From assembly GCA_009691405.1 (NCBI GenBank), contig SICN01000001.1, positions 11,651 to 75,650 on the forward strand: a stretch of DNA of 64,000 nt, read 5' to 3'. The position numbers and the translations under genes are program-made. How positions within the stretch are numbered: position 1 is the first letter of the stretch; every line of letters begins with the position of its first letter. The notes below the pieces were generated by a model. It did not search any database. It was given only the letters and a program-made list of their open reading frames with translations, and was not told the origin of the DNA. Below are positions 39,228 to 48,277 of the stretch, piece after piece. This stretch comes from Candidatus Peribacteria bacterium. Lineage in GTDB: Bacteria > Patescibacteriota > Gracilibacteria > Peribacterales > Peribacteraceae.

Positions 39228-40810
39228 CGAAGGTTCTCCAGAAACGATTGATGATCGGGCTTGCGTGCGCTCTTCTCGTTCTTCTTTGCATAAAATACTT
39301 TTGGTCGTTGCTCCTGTTCCCCGGTGTGCCGTTTGGCTATGACGCGGGCATGTACCGCTACCTTTTCATCAAGCACGCGGAGGCATTTCCCCCTTTCTCA
39401 GTCACGCAACTTCCCCCATGGGCGGAGAGTCATCCACTCGGATTATTTTTCTTCTCGACAGTCCTCATGCGAGCGGGTGTCCCTGTCGATTCGCTGATCG
39501 GTTGGGTGTGGAATCTGTTTCCCGTGATTCTCAGCACAGTGCTCGCGATCGTGTTCGCACGCAAAAAAGGCATTCATCTTGGAATTCTGATTCTTGTCGT
39601 CAGTCTTCTCTCCACCGTTCAGTATCAGGGGTTTCTCATGATGTATTGGAAGGTCTTTGCAGCGTTTTTCTGTTGCATTCTGGCGTTTGATGCACGAGAG
39701 AGACAGTCACGAATGTGGGTTTTCTTCGGCATGCTCACAATCGCTATTCATCAGCAAATCGGACTCATCTTTGCACTCGCTGTTTTTTCTTCATTGCTCA
39801 GTTCGGCGCATCGCCGGAAGACTCTGGTGCAAGGTATTGGCTGGCTGGCTCTTTCTCTCGTGCTCGGACTGCTCTGGTATTTGCCGAATTTTACGCACGC
39901 ACTCTCAGATCTCTGGCCACTGCTTCGGGTATCGGCCTCTTCCACTGTCACGCTCGGCGTTGTTCTTTTCGTACTCGGTGCGCTCTTCATCTTCACGGTC
40001 GTTCCGAAGTACGGACATCGCATCCTCCTGATTGCGTGTGGCGTGATCGGAATCGTGCTCCTTCTTTTGCCTCACACCGGCATTGCACCTGGCTTCCTCA
40101 GTCATCTGACAAAAACCGATGTCGTTCCCGGTTCGTTCCTCACGATTCCGGAGTACCTCGAGCTATCACTCCCGATGCTACTGTTGGGAATTTTTGGATT
40201 GATGCATTCCCTGAAGAAAGAGAAGGGGACGGTGTGGCAATGGGCAGTTCTCTGGTCCGCTCTTGCGGTGTGCAGCATGTTCTTCTTCTATCGAAGGTTT
40301 TTGCTCCCCCTGGATTTCTTCCTACTCCCATTTTCTGCTCTCGCACTTCACGCGATGTGGACCAATCGCGATCACCGCTATCGTTTGCTCTGCGGTGCGT
40401 TTGTTTTCATGCAGGGATTTTTGGTGTTCCGGCAGATCGGCACGATCGATCCGCATGTGGATAGGCGCATGCTTCAGGAATTTTCCGAACTTCACAGGGT
40501 CATTGAACCCGTTTCGCAGGTGATCGTTCTCGATGTGATGGCGCCGTGGATTGTTGGCTATTTGCCACAGAATGCGGTCAGCGGTCCCGGTATTTTCGAT
40601 TCGCAGCCGCTCTCCGCATGGGAAAGATTTTTGTATGGTACTGCCGAAGAGAGACAAACATTCATCAGTCACTACCCGAAAGGCACGTATTTCTACGCGA
40701 CGGATGTTTTCCGCGTGTACTATCCGCCGGAAGTGCAGACACTTTTCACTCATCCGTGCTTGGAACGACTGGAAGCACTTGGGTTGTATCGATCGACCTG
40801 CGGGGTGTAG
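39224..40810 (+). CDS. Polytopic membrane protein, GT-C-like
   Basis: GYDAGMYR first-loop Asp, about 12 TM segments, and YRRF motif. Confidence 0.55.
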   Translation: MTKVLQKRLMIGLACALLVLLCIKYFWSLLLFPGVPFGYDAGMYRYLFIKHAEAFPPFSVTQLPPWAESHPLGLFFFSTVLMRAGVPVDSLIGWVWNLFPVILSTVLAIVFARKKGIHLGILILVVSLLSTVQYQGFLMMYWKVFAAFFCCILAFDARERQSRMWVFFGMLTIAIHQQIGLIFALAVFSSLLSSAHRRKTLVQGIGWLALSLVLGLLWYLPNFTHALSDLWPLLRVSASSTVTLGVVLFVLGALFIFTVVPKYGHRILLIACGVIGIVLLLLPHTGIAPGFLSHLTKTDVVPGSFLTIPEYLELSLPMLLLGIFGLMHSLKKEKGTVWQWAVLWSALAVCSMFFFYRRFLLPLDFFLLPFSALALHAMWTNRDHRYRLLCGAFVFMQGFLVFRQIGTIDPHVDRRMLQEFSELHRVIEPVSQVIVLDVMAPWIVGYLPQNAVSGPGIFDSQPLSAWERFLYGTAEERQTFISHYPKGTYFYATDVFRVYYPPEVQTLFTHPCLERLEALGLYRSTCGV

Positions 40811-40847
40811 TGGTGCTGAACCTTGACCACATCGCTTCTTTTCGGCA

Positions 40848-40871
40848 TCCTTCGTGTACACTCAGGACAAG
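40848..40871 (+). repeat. Family-D short palindromic element upstream of infC
   Basis: TCC-TTCG-TGTACA-CTCA-GGA-CAAG; same architecture as 49693-49722 and 53457-53480. Confidence 0.6.
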
Positions 40872-40916
40872 TCCTTTCGTGTGTTCAGAATAAGTTCTTC
40901 AACTGTTTTCCCCCTC

Positions 40917-41459
40917 ATTCCTCTGCGACAGCGTTACTCTCGTCCGGTCTTCCAGATCAACAAACCAAGAGTCAATGAACAGATTCGTGTGCCTGAGGTT
41001 CTTCTCGTTGCCGAAGATGGTGCAGCAGAGAAGCTTCCGATTGCCGAGGCGATTCGTCGAGCGCAGGAGCAGGGATATGACCTCATCGAAGTTTCACCGA
41101 AGGCTGTGCCTCCAGTCGTGAAGATCGGTGACTTTGGCAGCTATCTCTACAGACTGAAGAAGAAAGAGAAGCAGCAGAAGTCCCACAGCAAGCAGACAGA
41201 AGTGAAGGTGATCCGCTTCGGTTTTCGGACGGATGTTGGTGACCTCAATCGGTTGGCAGACCAAAGTCGTGAGTTCCTTGCTGAAAGGAACATGGTGAAG
41301 GTGTCGGTGACGCTTCGTGGCAGAGAGCTCAGCAATCAGCAGTTTGCCGTCGACAAGCTCAAGAAATTCATTCTGGGGCTTGCCGATGCAGCCGAAGTGG
41401 ATCAGCCGGCGAAGAAGCAGGGGAATCAGTACATAGTCATCCTGCGTCCTAAAAAGTAG
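40917..41459 (+). CDS. infC: Translation initiation factor IF-3 (probable ATT start)
   Basis: VNEQIRVPEV, DLIEVSPKAVPPVVKI and LRGRE motifs; followed by rpmI and rplT; in-frame ATT at 40917. Confidence 0.92.
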   Translation: MPLRQRYSRPVFQINKPRVNEQIRVPEVLLVAEDGAAEKLPIAEAIRRAQEQGYDLIEVSPKAVPPVVKIGDFGSYLYRLKKKEKQQKSHSKQTEVKVIRFGFRTDVGDLNRLADQSREFLAERNMVKVSVTLRGRELSNQQFAVDKLKKFILGLADAAEVDQPAKKQGNQYIVILRPKK

Positions 41460-41499
41460 TTGTCTTTCGGAGGATCTATGGCTACACTCTCTCGTCCGT

Positions 41500-41694
41500 A
41501 TGCCTAAACTCAAGTCCCACAGCGGCGCGAAGAAGCGACTCCGCAGAACCGGAAGTGGGAAACTCGCGTTCAACCGAAACAGTCGCAATCACCTTCTGAT
41601 GCAGAAGAGCAAGCGCCAGAAGAGGTTGAATCGCACGAAGATGCTGCATCCGACGAACGAGCGCGCTCTTGCACTGCTTGTCCCGAACATTTGA
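41500..41694 (+). CDS. rpmI: 50S ribosomal protein L35
   Basis: MPKLKSHSGAKKR..TGSGK...HLL. Confidence 0.95.
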   Translation: MPKLKSHSGAKKRLRRTGSGKLAFNRNSRNHLLMQKSKRQKRLNRTKMLHPTNERALALLVPNI

Positions 41695-41708
41695 TTCCCT
41701 GAACAATC

Positions 41709-42059
41709 ATGCGCGTAAAACGTGGTATTCACAGGCACAGAAGAGTCAAAGCCCTCCATCGCCTCACCAAGGGCTACAAGGGCATGCGCAGGAGCACCGT
41801 GAAGAAGGCGAAAGAAGCTGTCATCAAAGCCGGACAGAATGCTTATCGCGATCGCAAGCTCAAGAAGCGTGTGTTCCGTTCACTGTGGACGGTTCGTATG
41901 AATGCGGCACTGCGCGCAGTCGGACTCAACTACTCGCGTTTCATTCCCGCTCTTGCAAAATCCAAGATCGCTCTCGACCGAAAGTCCCTCAGTGAAATTG
42001 CCATTCATCATCCGGATATCTTTGATCAGATCGTGAAGGAGACGGGACTCAGCAAATAA
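41709..42059 (+). CDS. rplT: 50S ribosomal protein L20
   Basis: MRVKRG, AYRDRKLKKRVFRSLW, YSRFI and LDRKSL motifs. Confidence 0.96.
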   Translation: MRVKRGIHRHRRVKALHRLTKGYKGMRRSTVKKAKEAVIKAGQNAYRDRKLKKRVFRSLWTVRMNAALRAVGLNYSRFIPALAKSKIALDRKSLSEIAIHHPDIFDQIVKETGLSK

Positions 42060-42131
42060 GGTTTTGGTCTATTTTCTCCAGTGACCAAGGAGCGTCTTTT
42101 TCTGTGATTTGATATCCGAGAAGAGCTAAGC

Positions 42132-43100
42132 TCACCACTTCTTTCTTTCCACTCGGATAAATCCGGAGACCTCGAGGAACGTCATCTTCGGGTCAGCTTT
42201 CTTCATCTCATCAAGCATGAGGTTGATCCCAAGTGAGTCGCTTGCGATATGACTGCACTGGATGATATTCACATGGTGTTTCTTGGCTTCCTCCAAAGCC
42301 TTTTCGGTGACGTGCATCGAGAGCACAGTGCCAACTCCGGCTCTCGCTTTCGCTTCGAAGAATTCCTCGGGACCGTTCGTGCCGCCGGTGAACTCGGTCG
42401 CACAGATTTTCCCCGGACGGCTGCTCTTGCCGCCGCTCACGATGATCGGTGGATTTCCCTTCTTCGAGAATTTTGTGTACTCGGGAATCTCATCGATCGC
42501 CTTCAGGATCTCACCGAGGTCGTCGTATTCGTGACTGCAGATGTGCTTCTCCATGAATGCCCAGACCAAATTATCCGTGATCGTATGGCAGCAGACAGCC
42601 GGCACATTGAGAAGTGCGGCAGCTTGTTCCGTTCGGAAGAGATTGTCCGCGTGGATCGATCGCCACAGTTTCTCTCTCCGTGGCTGCAGTAATCCTTCTG
42701 CATAGTTAACTGGCACACCGACACCCATTAGGAGATCGACCTGCAGCGGCATCACCTTGTCGAGATCGGCAAGAGCTCTGCCATCCGGATGGTGGATTAG
42801 CGCACCATCGATCTTCGTTCCCTGGCTCCGGAGACGGTCTGCGAGGAGAAGTTCGGGTGTTTCGATGTCGATCCCGACCATGAGGTGCGTGAACTCGCTA
42901 TCCGCTTCCCCATTGATGATGCGAGAGTCCGGATACGGGTTCCACGTTCGCTCTACGTCGAAGTATTCGAGTTCTTTTCCTTCCAATTTCTTCTGTCTCT
43001 CCTTTTGTTTTCGAAACATCTTCTCGATTCGTTTCTTTCCGCGGGGATCGTATTCAATTCCCAGAGCGACCGCACGTTCGAAAAATTTCTGAAGCTTCAT
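42132..43100 (-). CDS. NIF3-like (NGG1p-interacting factor) metal-binding protein
   Basis: NPYPDSRI, GIDI, HHP, HTITDN, MH and HIASDSLG motifs. Start MKLQKFF has TACCCT upstream. Confidence 0.7.
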   Translation of the reverse strand: MKLQKFFERAVALGIEYDPRGKKRIEKMFRKQKERQKKLEGKELEYFDVERTWNPYPDSRIINGEADSEFTHLMVGIDIETPELLLADRLRSQGTKIDGALIHHPDGRALADLDKVMPLQVDLLMGVGVPVNYAEGLLQPRREKLWRSIHADNLFRTEQAAALLNVPAVCCHTITDNLVWAFMEKHICSHEYDDLGEILKAIDEIPEYTKFSKKGNPPIIVSGGKSSRPGKICATEFTGGTNGPEEFFEAKARAGVGTVLSMHVTEKALEEAKKHHVNIIQCSHIASDSLGINLMLDEMKKADPKMTFLEVSGFIRVERKKW

Positions 43101-43131
43101 AGTGGACTGAGGGTAGCGAAGATCAGAGACT

Positions 43132-44097
43132 CTACGCAATGTGTTTTTTCCGCTGGTACATGTGGTTCCACATGCCCATGAGAATGATGAGCGGGTGTCG
43201 CAGGCAAAATTTGACGAGTGTGTCGCTTCCTTTCGGTGATGCTTTCTTTCCGGAGCCGACACGACTCAAGAATTTGCTGATCATTTTTTCTACTGCCTTT
43301 TTTCTGGCTCCAACTGCAGCGCAGCGCAGTTCTCCGTGCAACGACATGATCAGGCGCTCGAAGCATCGCAGTCTGTCGTAGAGGCCTTCGCCTGCTTCCT
43401 GATTCTTGGCACTTGCACCGTCTGCATGGACACGGAAGATGCCGCTCTCATCGTCGCCGAGATTGATCCAGTCTGTGATCATAAGTAAGCGAAGCCAGTA
43501 CTCCGTATCCAGAAATTGCGGCATGTCTTCGAGGAATGCCCCCGCCTGTTGCATGACTGGTCGTCTCATCACAACGAAGCTCGGTTCTCCGATGATATTC
43601 GGATGCAGTTCGTGCAGGGTCCAGAACCGGAGCAATTCTTTTCCGTGATGCAGCCCGTTTCTGATATTTTTTTTCCTGAAGATCCGCACGGCTTGATACA
43701 GAGGCATCGTTGTCACGTTTTCATCGCCATAGTAGACGTGGTCGAGTGACACAAAGCCCGCATCCGGATGCTTCTGCAGTGCTTCGATGGCATTCTTCAG
43801 ATAGTCATGGTTCCAGACGTCGTCTTGAAAAAGAAATGCAACAAGTGGCTGATTCGATTGCCGTACGCACGCATTCCAGTTCCCGCCGATGCCGAGGCGT
43901 CGATCGGATTTTGTGAACCGGAATCGTGAATCTTTTAGAAACGGTTCGACAATGCTTTTCGTATCCCTCTCCGAGCAGTCGTCATGGATCAGTGCCGTCC
44001 AAGCTTGGAATGATTGCTGCTGGAGCGACTTCAGCGCTTCGATGAGGAAGCTCTGATTCGGGTTGTAGGTCGGGATAAGGACGGAAACAGAGGACAT
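43132..44097 (-). CDS. Glycosyltransferase family 2
   Basis: IPTYN, DDCS, GNWNAC, FQDD and IGEPS motifs. Confidence 0.88.
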   Translation of the reverse strand: MSSVSVLIPTYNPNQSFLIEALKSLQQQSFQAWTALIHDDCSERDTKSIVEPFLKDSRFRFTKSDRRLGIGGNWNACVRQSNQPLVAFLFQDDVWNHDYLKNAIEALQKHPDAGFVSLDHVYYGDENVTTMPLYQAVRIFRKKNIRNGLHHGKELLRFWTLHELHPNIIGEPSFVVMRRPVMQQAGAFLEDMPQFLDTEYWLRLLMITDWINLGDDESGIFRVHADGASAKNQEAGEGLYDRLRCFERLIMSLHGELRCAAVGARKKAVEKMISKFLSRVGSGKKASPKGSDTLVKFCLRHPLIILMGMWNHMYQRKKHIA

Positions 44098-44126
44098 GAG
44101 GCAAGTATAACCTGTACGCTAGGCTC
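44098..44126. promoter_or_regulatory. 29-nt divergent promoter region with two -10 boxes
   Basis: TATACT on minus (44104-44109) and TACGCT on plus (44115-44120), each 6 nt from its ATG. Confidence 0.55.
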
Positions 44127-44834
44127 ATGCGCATCGATATTCTGACACTCCTCCCCGGGATGTTCGAGGGTCCTCTCACCGAGAGCATCCTGAAGCGTGC
44201 TGCAGACTCCGGCGCTCTTGAGCTTCACGTCCACAATATTCGTGACTACTCGACGATGCGTCACAAGCAGGCAGACGATAAGCCGTACGGCGGGGGAGCG
44301 GGGATGCTTCTCATGGCGGAGCCGATCGTTCGATGCATTGAGGCGATAACATGCGAAGGGCAGGAAAGCAGGAAAAGGCAGAAAGGGCAGAAAAGTAGAG
44401 ACAAAAAATCTTGCGTTTCTGCAACTCCTTACAGAATCTATTTGTCGGCAGGCGGCAAACGTCTAACGCAGTCGAAAGTCGAAAGACTTGCGAAGAAAGA
44501 TTGGATCCTTCTTCTTTGCGGACACTACGAAGGCATCGATCAGCGAGTGATCGACGGCTGGATCGATGAAGAGATCAGTATCGGTGATTACGTCCTCACG
44601 GGCGGAGAAATTCCCGCGATGGTGATTGTCGACAGTGTCGTCCGAAAAATCCCCGGCGTGCTCGGGAAAGACGTCTCGGCGGACTTGGACAGTTTCTCCA
44701 AAGAGTTCGATCGCAAGCGCGAGTATCCGCAGTACACACGACCGGAGGTGTTTCGGGATCACAAAGTTCCCGAGGTGCTTCTCTCCGGGAATCACAAGAA
44801 GATAGAAGAGTGGAGGGAATCGAAACTCCGGTGA
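44127..44834 (+). CDS. trmD: tRNA (guanine37-N1)-methyltransferase
   Basis: DDKPYGGGAGM, CGHYEGIDQR, SIGDYVLTGGE and YPQYTRP motifs. Carries a repeat-derived insert at about 44353-44430. Confidence 0.95.
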   Translation: MRIDILTLLPGMFEGPLTESILKRAADSGALELHVHNIRDYSTMRHKQADDKPYGGGAGMLLMAEPIVRCIEAITCEGQESRKRQKGQKSRDKKSCVSATPYRIYLSAGGKRLTQSKVERLAKKDWILLLCGHYEGIDQRVIDGWIDEEISIGDYVLTGGEIPAMVIVDSVVRKIPGVLGKDVSADLDSFSKEFDRKREYPQYTRPEVFRDHKVPEVLLSGNHKKIEEWRESKLR

Positions 44835-45227
44835 TCAGAAGGCAGCAGCAAGATCCCTCAGGCGTTGTTTGAAACCAACTCGCGTAGGTTTCGTCGTGGC
44901 TTCAAGGCTTTTTTGTTTGTGAAATGAAATCTCGCTCCAGAGATGGCGGATCATCTGGCTTGCTGCATATCGCGTATCAGGATCGATGATGTGTTCCGGT
45001 GGCATCGAAGCAAGCTCCGATGATTTTGCTTCGAGAATGCCAATATTTGCTCTGTACGGAGGGAAAAGAGACAGTAACTCTTTGTGCGGTGTGTCACATT
45101 CCGCCGTAGCTGCTTGCTTGAGCAACACACGCAAATCTCCGATTGTCTTTGGGATTTTAAACGGTCCGACCAGTATGCATACCTGATCTAGTATTTCATC
45201 GTCTGTGGACACAGCCTCTCTTGTCAT
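44835..45227 (-). CDS. Hypothetical protein
   Basis: ORF convergent with trmD; start uncertain (ATG 45227 or GTG 45272). Confidence 0.45.
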   Translation of the reverse strand: MTREAVSTDDEILDQVCILVGPFKIPKTIGDLRVLLKQAATAECDTPHKELLSLFPPYRANIGILEAKSSELASMPPEHIIDPDTRYAASQMIRHLWSEISFHKQKSLEATTKPTRVGFKQRLRDLAAAF

Positions 45228-45420
45228 ATCTGCATACTTTTCTTTTTTTATTCCATCGACAATAACAATCACGTTCTGTTTTCTTACTCTGTTTCTTTTC
45301 TGAACAACACAAGAATTGCAGAGATCAGCGGTTTTTATAGGGAAATTTCTTTGCTATTTCTATTTTCGAACAGCAAGATTTTCTTGCAATTTTCGATGAA
45401 TATGATCATCGTTTTCTTCT

Positions 45421-45443
45421 TGGGAGCGGCATGCTTGCCGCGT
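45421..45443 (+). repeat. Family-B REP-like palindrome
   Basis: Identical over 23 nt to the reverse complement of 2703-2725. Confidence 0.75.
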
Positions 45444-45453
45444 ATACAGATGG

Positions 45454-46368
45454 TCACCGATGAAACTGCTCATGAATCTCTTTCAGCCTTTTATTCGTGA
45501 GGTGCGTATAAATTTGTGTTGTCGTGATGCTCGAGTGTCCGAGCATCTCTTGTACCGAGCGAATGTCTGCGCCGTTTCGAAGAAGTTCTGTCGCGAACGT
45601 GTGCCGGAGCGTATGCGGTGTCACTTTCTTCACGAGCCCTGCCTCCCTTGCCATTTGTCTCACGATGCGTTCGATCGCTTGCGGCTGCAGTCGCCTCTCT
45701 TCTCCAAACAAGCTCTTCACGCTTGAGCGATTGGAATTACTGAGGAAGAGCGGCGTGTAGTTGTCATCGCGTACATCTAGATACTCTCTCAGAAACTGCA
45801 CGGCCGTTTCCGAGATGAAGACGATGCGTGCCTTTCTTCCTTTCCCGATGACGCGGAATTCGCGTGACACCAGATTCACATCTTTGCGATTCAGATTGGA
45901 GAGTTCGCTCACGCGGAGTCCGGTGGAGTAGAGCAAATGCAGCAGTGCGAGATCACGAAGACCGTTCCGCTTCGTGACGTCGATCGATCGAAACATCGCC
46001 TCGAGTTCTTCTCTCGCAAGTACTTCCACCTGGCGTCCCGGGACCTTTGGCAGTTCGATTTTCTCCGGGGAGAGTGTTTGGATATCGTTTTTCTGCAGGT
46101 GCTTGAGCATCGCTCGAAGTGCGATCAGGTGATATTGCTGCGTCTTGATGTCGAGCGTCACGCCCTGCCCGACGATGGGTGTGCGGTGCAGATGCAGACG
46201 GTAATCGCGGATGAGATCACCTGTGATTCTGGAGACATCAGTTTTCGCTTTCGCGAAGCGCTCGAAACGCCGCAGATAATGGCTGTAGTTCTCCACGGTC
46301 TTCTTGCTCTGATACTTGCCTACCTCGCAGTGCGTGAGGAAGTCGTAGATGGCGTCACGGAGGAGCAT
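45454..46368 (-). CDS. XerC/XerD-like tyrosine recombinase
   Basis: TGLRVSE, GKGRKAR, HTLRHTFAT and LGHSSITTTQIYTH catalytic motifs. Confidence 0.92.
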   Translation of the reverse strand: MLLRDAIYDFLTHCEVGKYQSKKTVENYSHYLRRFERFAKAKTDVSRITGDLIRDYRLHLHRTPIVGQGVTLDIKTQQYHLIALRAMLKHLQKNDIQTLSPEKIELPKVPGRQVEVLAREELEAMFRSIDVTKRNGLRDLALLHLLYSTGLRVSELSNLNRKDVNLVSREFRVIGKGRKARIVFISETAVQFLREYLDVRDDNYTPLFLSNSNRSSVKSLFGEERRLQPQAIERIVRQMAREAGLVKKVTPHTLRHTFATELLRNGADIRSVQEMLGHSSITTTQIYTHLTNKRLKEIHEQFHR

Positions 46369-46386
46369 GATGAGAGAATACGCTTG

Positions 46387-47091
46387 TTACTTCCGGAGCG
46401 CTGCTTCGATTCTTTCCTGCAATTCTTCTTTCTCAAACAATCCGAGCCAGGAGTCCGAGCCGAGGGTGAAGAACGGAACGCGTTCCACTCCGTACTCTTC
46501 CGATGTTTTCCGGTTTCCTTCGAGCAGGTTTTTCTTTGCGACACACCGTGTGAGTTTCTGAAGATTCAGCCCGATAATATTTGCGAATTTCTTCCTATCA
46601 ACCGCGCGAATGTCATGCGTGGCGAGCCACTCGTCCGCTTCCGGAAATTTTTCTTGCTCAGCTGCACATATCGCAAGTCTTGCTGCGTTCTCTCCGTCCG
46701 CCGTCATCGGAACGAACACGAGTGCAATTGCCATCGATCCTTCTTCAGCCTGCTTTTTGATCCACGGCAGATCATTCGTGATGAATTGCCTGCAGTATGC
46801 GCAATCGTAATCGGAAAAAACGATCAGACGGTGCCGACTTTGGGTTTCCCCCATCACGATCGTGCCGCTTGCCGTGATGATTACCGGGAGAATGCTGCCA
46901 CTCCTCTCGGATACTTCCAGACTGTCGGTTGTCACTGGTGTCTTCTCGTTTGGAGATTCTACGAGCGTACTTTGAGGCATGCTGTCACTCCTCGTGATCG
47001 GTTCCTCCTGGGCAGGAGGGGTGGGAGCAGCCGTGCATGCACCCAGAAGCATGACTGCTACAAGTGCCTTGAACCAAGAATGAGGACGCAT
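46387..47091 (-). CDS. DsbA-like thioredoxin-fold lipoprotein
   Basis: Lipobox LLGAC; FSDYDCAYC (CxxC); cis-Pro motif GVERVP. Confidence 0.8.
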   Translation of the reverse strand: MRPHSWFKALVAVMLLGACTAAPTPPAQEEPITRSDSMPQSTLVESPNEKTPVTTDSLEVSERSGSILPVIITASGTIVMGETQSRHRLIVFSDYDCAYCRQFITNDLPWIKKQAEEGSMAIALVFVPMTADGENAARLAICAAEQEKFPEADEWLATHDIRAVDRKKFANIIGLNLQKLTRCVAKKNLLEGNRKTSEEYGVERVPFFTLGSDSWLGLFEKEELQERIEAALRK

Positions 47092-47132
47092 CGTGTTTCA
47101 TTCTGATGCCTTTCTCTGGATAATGAAACCCT

Positions 47133-47867
47133 ATGGTTGCCCGTGTGTTCATTCTTGGCGTTCCCGTCGACTCCGTCACGCTTGCGGAGGCTACGAAGCG
47201 AATTCGAGAAATGTTGCGTTCTGACTTTCAGCATCACATCCTCACGCCGAACCCCGAGATGATTGTTGCTGCAAAATTCGATCCGGAATTTTTATCGGTG
47301 CTGCAATCATCCTCACTCAATGTCCCCGACGGCTTTGGTCTTCTTCTGGCTTCGCGATATCTTGGTTCCGCTCTTTTGGAACGCGTTTCGGGTGTCGACC
47401 TCCTCGTCGAACTATGCCTTCACGCCGATAGACCAGTGTTCTTCCTCGGTGCCGCACCGGGAGTCGCAGCATCGGCTGCACATGTTCTTCAGAAACAAAA
47501 TGCCGCACTGATGATTGCAGGAACATATGCCGGTACTCCTGATTCAGCTGAGGAAGACGCAATTCTCTCGCGGATCAATGCAAGTGGTGCGAAGCTGCTC
47601 TTTGTTGCGTATGGTGCTCCCGTGCAGGATCTCTGGATTGCGAGGAACCTGAAGCGCATGCCGAACATACGCGTCGCGATGGGTGTCGGAGGATCGTTTG
47701 ATTTTCTCGCGGGTATCCAGAAAAGAGCTCCCGTGTTTTTGCAAACGCTCGGTTTGGAATGGCTCTGGAGACTTGCGCAAGAACCGAGACGCATCGGTCG
47801 AATCTTCACTGCAGTGATTGTATTTTCTCTCCTAGTCCTCTTCTCGCGCCGACGAAGGGGTATCTGA
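47133..47867 (+). CDS. WecG/TagA/CpsF glycosyltransferase
   Basis: TPNPE, PDG, RVSGVDL, GAPVQD, GVGGSFD and GLEWLWR..QEP.R motifs. Confidence 0.92.
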   Translation: MVARVFILGVPVDSVTLAEATKRIREMLRSDFQHHILTPNPEMIVAAKFDPEFLSVLQSSSLNVPDGFGLLLASRYLGSALLERVSGVDLLVELCLHADRPVFFLGAAPGVAASAAHVLQKQNAALMIAGTYAGTPDSAEEDAILSRINASGAKLLFVAYGAPVQDLWIARNLKRMPNIRVAMGVGGSFDFLAGIQKRAPVFLQTLGLEWLWRLAQEPRRIGRIFTAVIVFSLLVLFSRRRRGI

Positions 47868-48230
47868 TCCGTACAGTTTCACGAACTCGGAGAGAGTCCA
47901 GGTCCTTGGACTTGGATCAAATTTCAATTTCACAAGGTAATCGTTCTCGTCATTCGTCTGCACGTGATACGCATACACAGCTTTCTGTCCGTCAGGAGCA
48001 TCTTCTTTTCGCAGAAATCGTATGTCACTGATGTGAACATCTTCTTTGAGTTTCAGTTCCACGAGAGCAATAACGGTGATTTCTTTCGGCTCATTCAAGG
48101 AGACCGCGCCCTTCAGATTGAGCGTGCTTCTGCCAAGAGCGGAAGCCAGGATCACAACCAGAATCGAGAGGATCACCGAGACGATCAGCGAAGGCTTAAA
48201 ATGTCTGTGTTTGAAGTGTTCGATATCCAT
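47832..48230 (-). CDS. Hypothetical exported/membrane-anchored protein
   Basis: Basic N-terminus plus TM; TATAAT and AAGGAG upstream of the ATG. Confidence 0.65.
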   Translation of the reverse strand: MDIEHFKHRHFKPSLIVSVILSILVVILASALGRSTLNLKGAVSLNEPKEITVIALVELKLKEDVHISDIRFLRKEDAPDGQKAVYAYHVQTNDENDYLVKLKFDPSPRTWTLSEFVKLYGSDTPSSAREED

Positions 48231-48277
48231 TTCTCCTTATTATACACGAATTTCTTCCGTAATGCTACGATAGGGAC

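Noticed and set aside
45454-46368. Integron integrase or prophage integrase
   Set aside because: Length and motifs fit a housekeeping Xer recombinase. No IntI-specific insertion, attC array or phage genes were recognised.
45937-47106. Long antisense ORFs (for example 45937-47106, 14188-15303, 10759-11748, 48985-49959)
   Set aside because: They lie opposite well-supported genes and have no motifs, as expected for shadow ORFs at this GC content.
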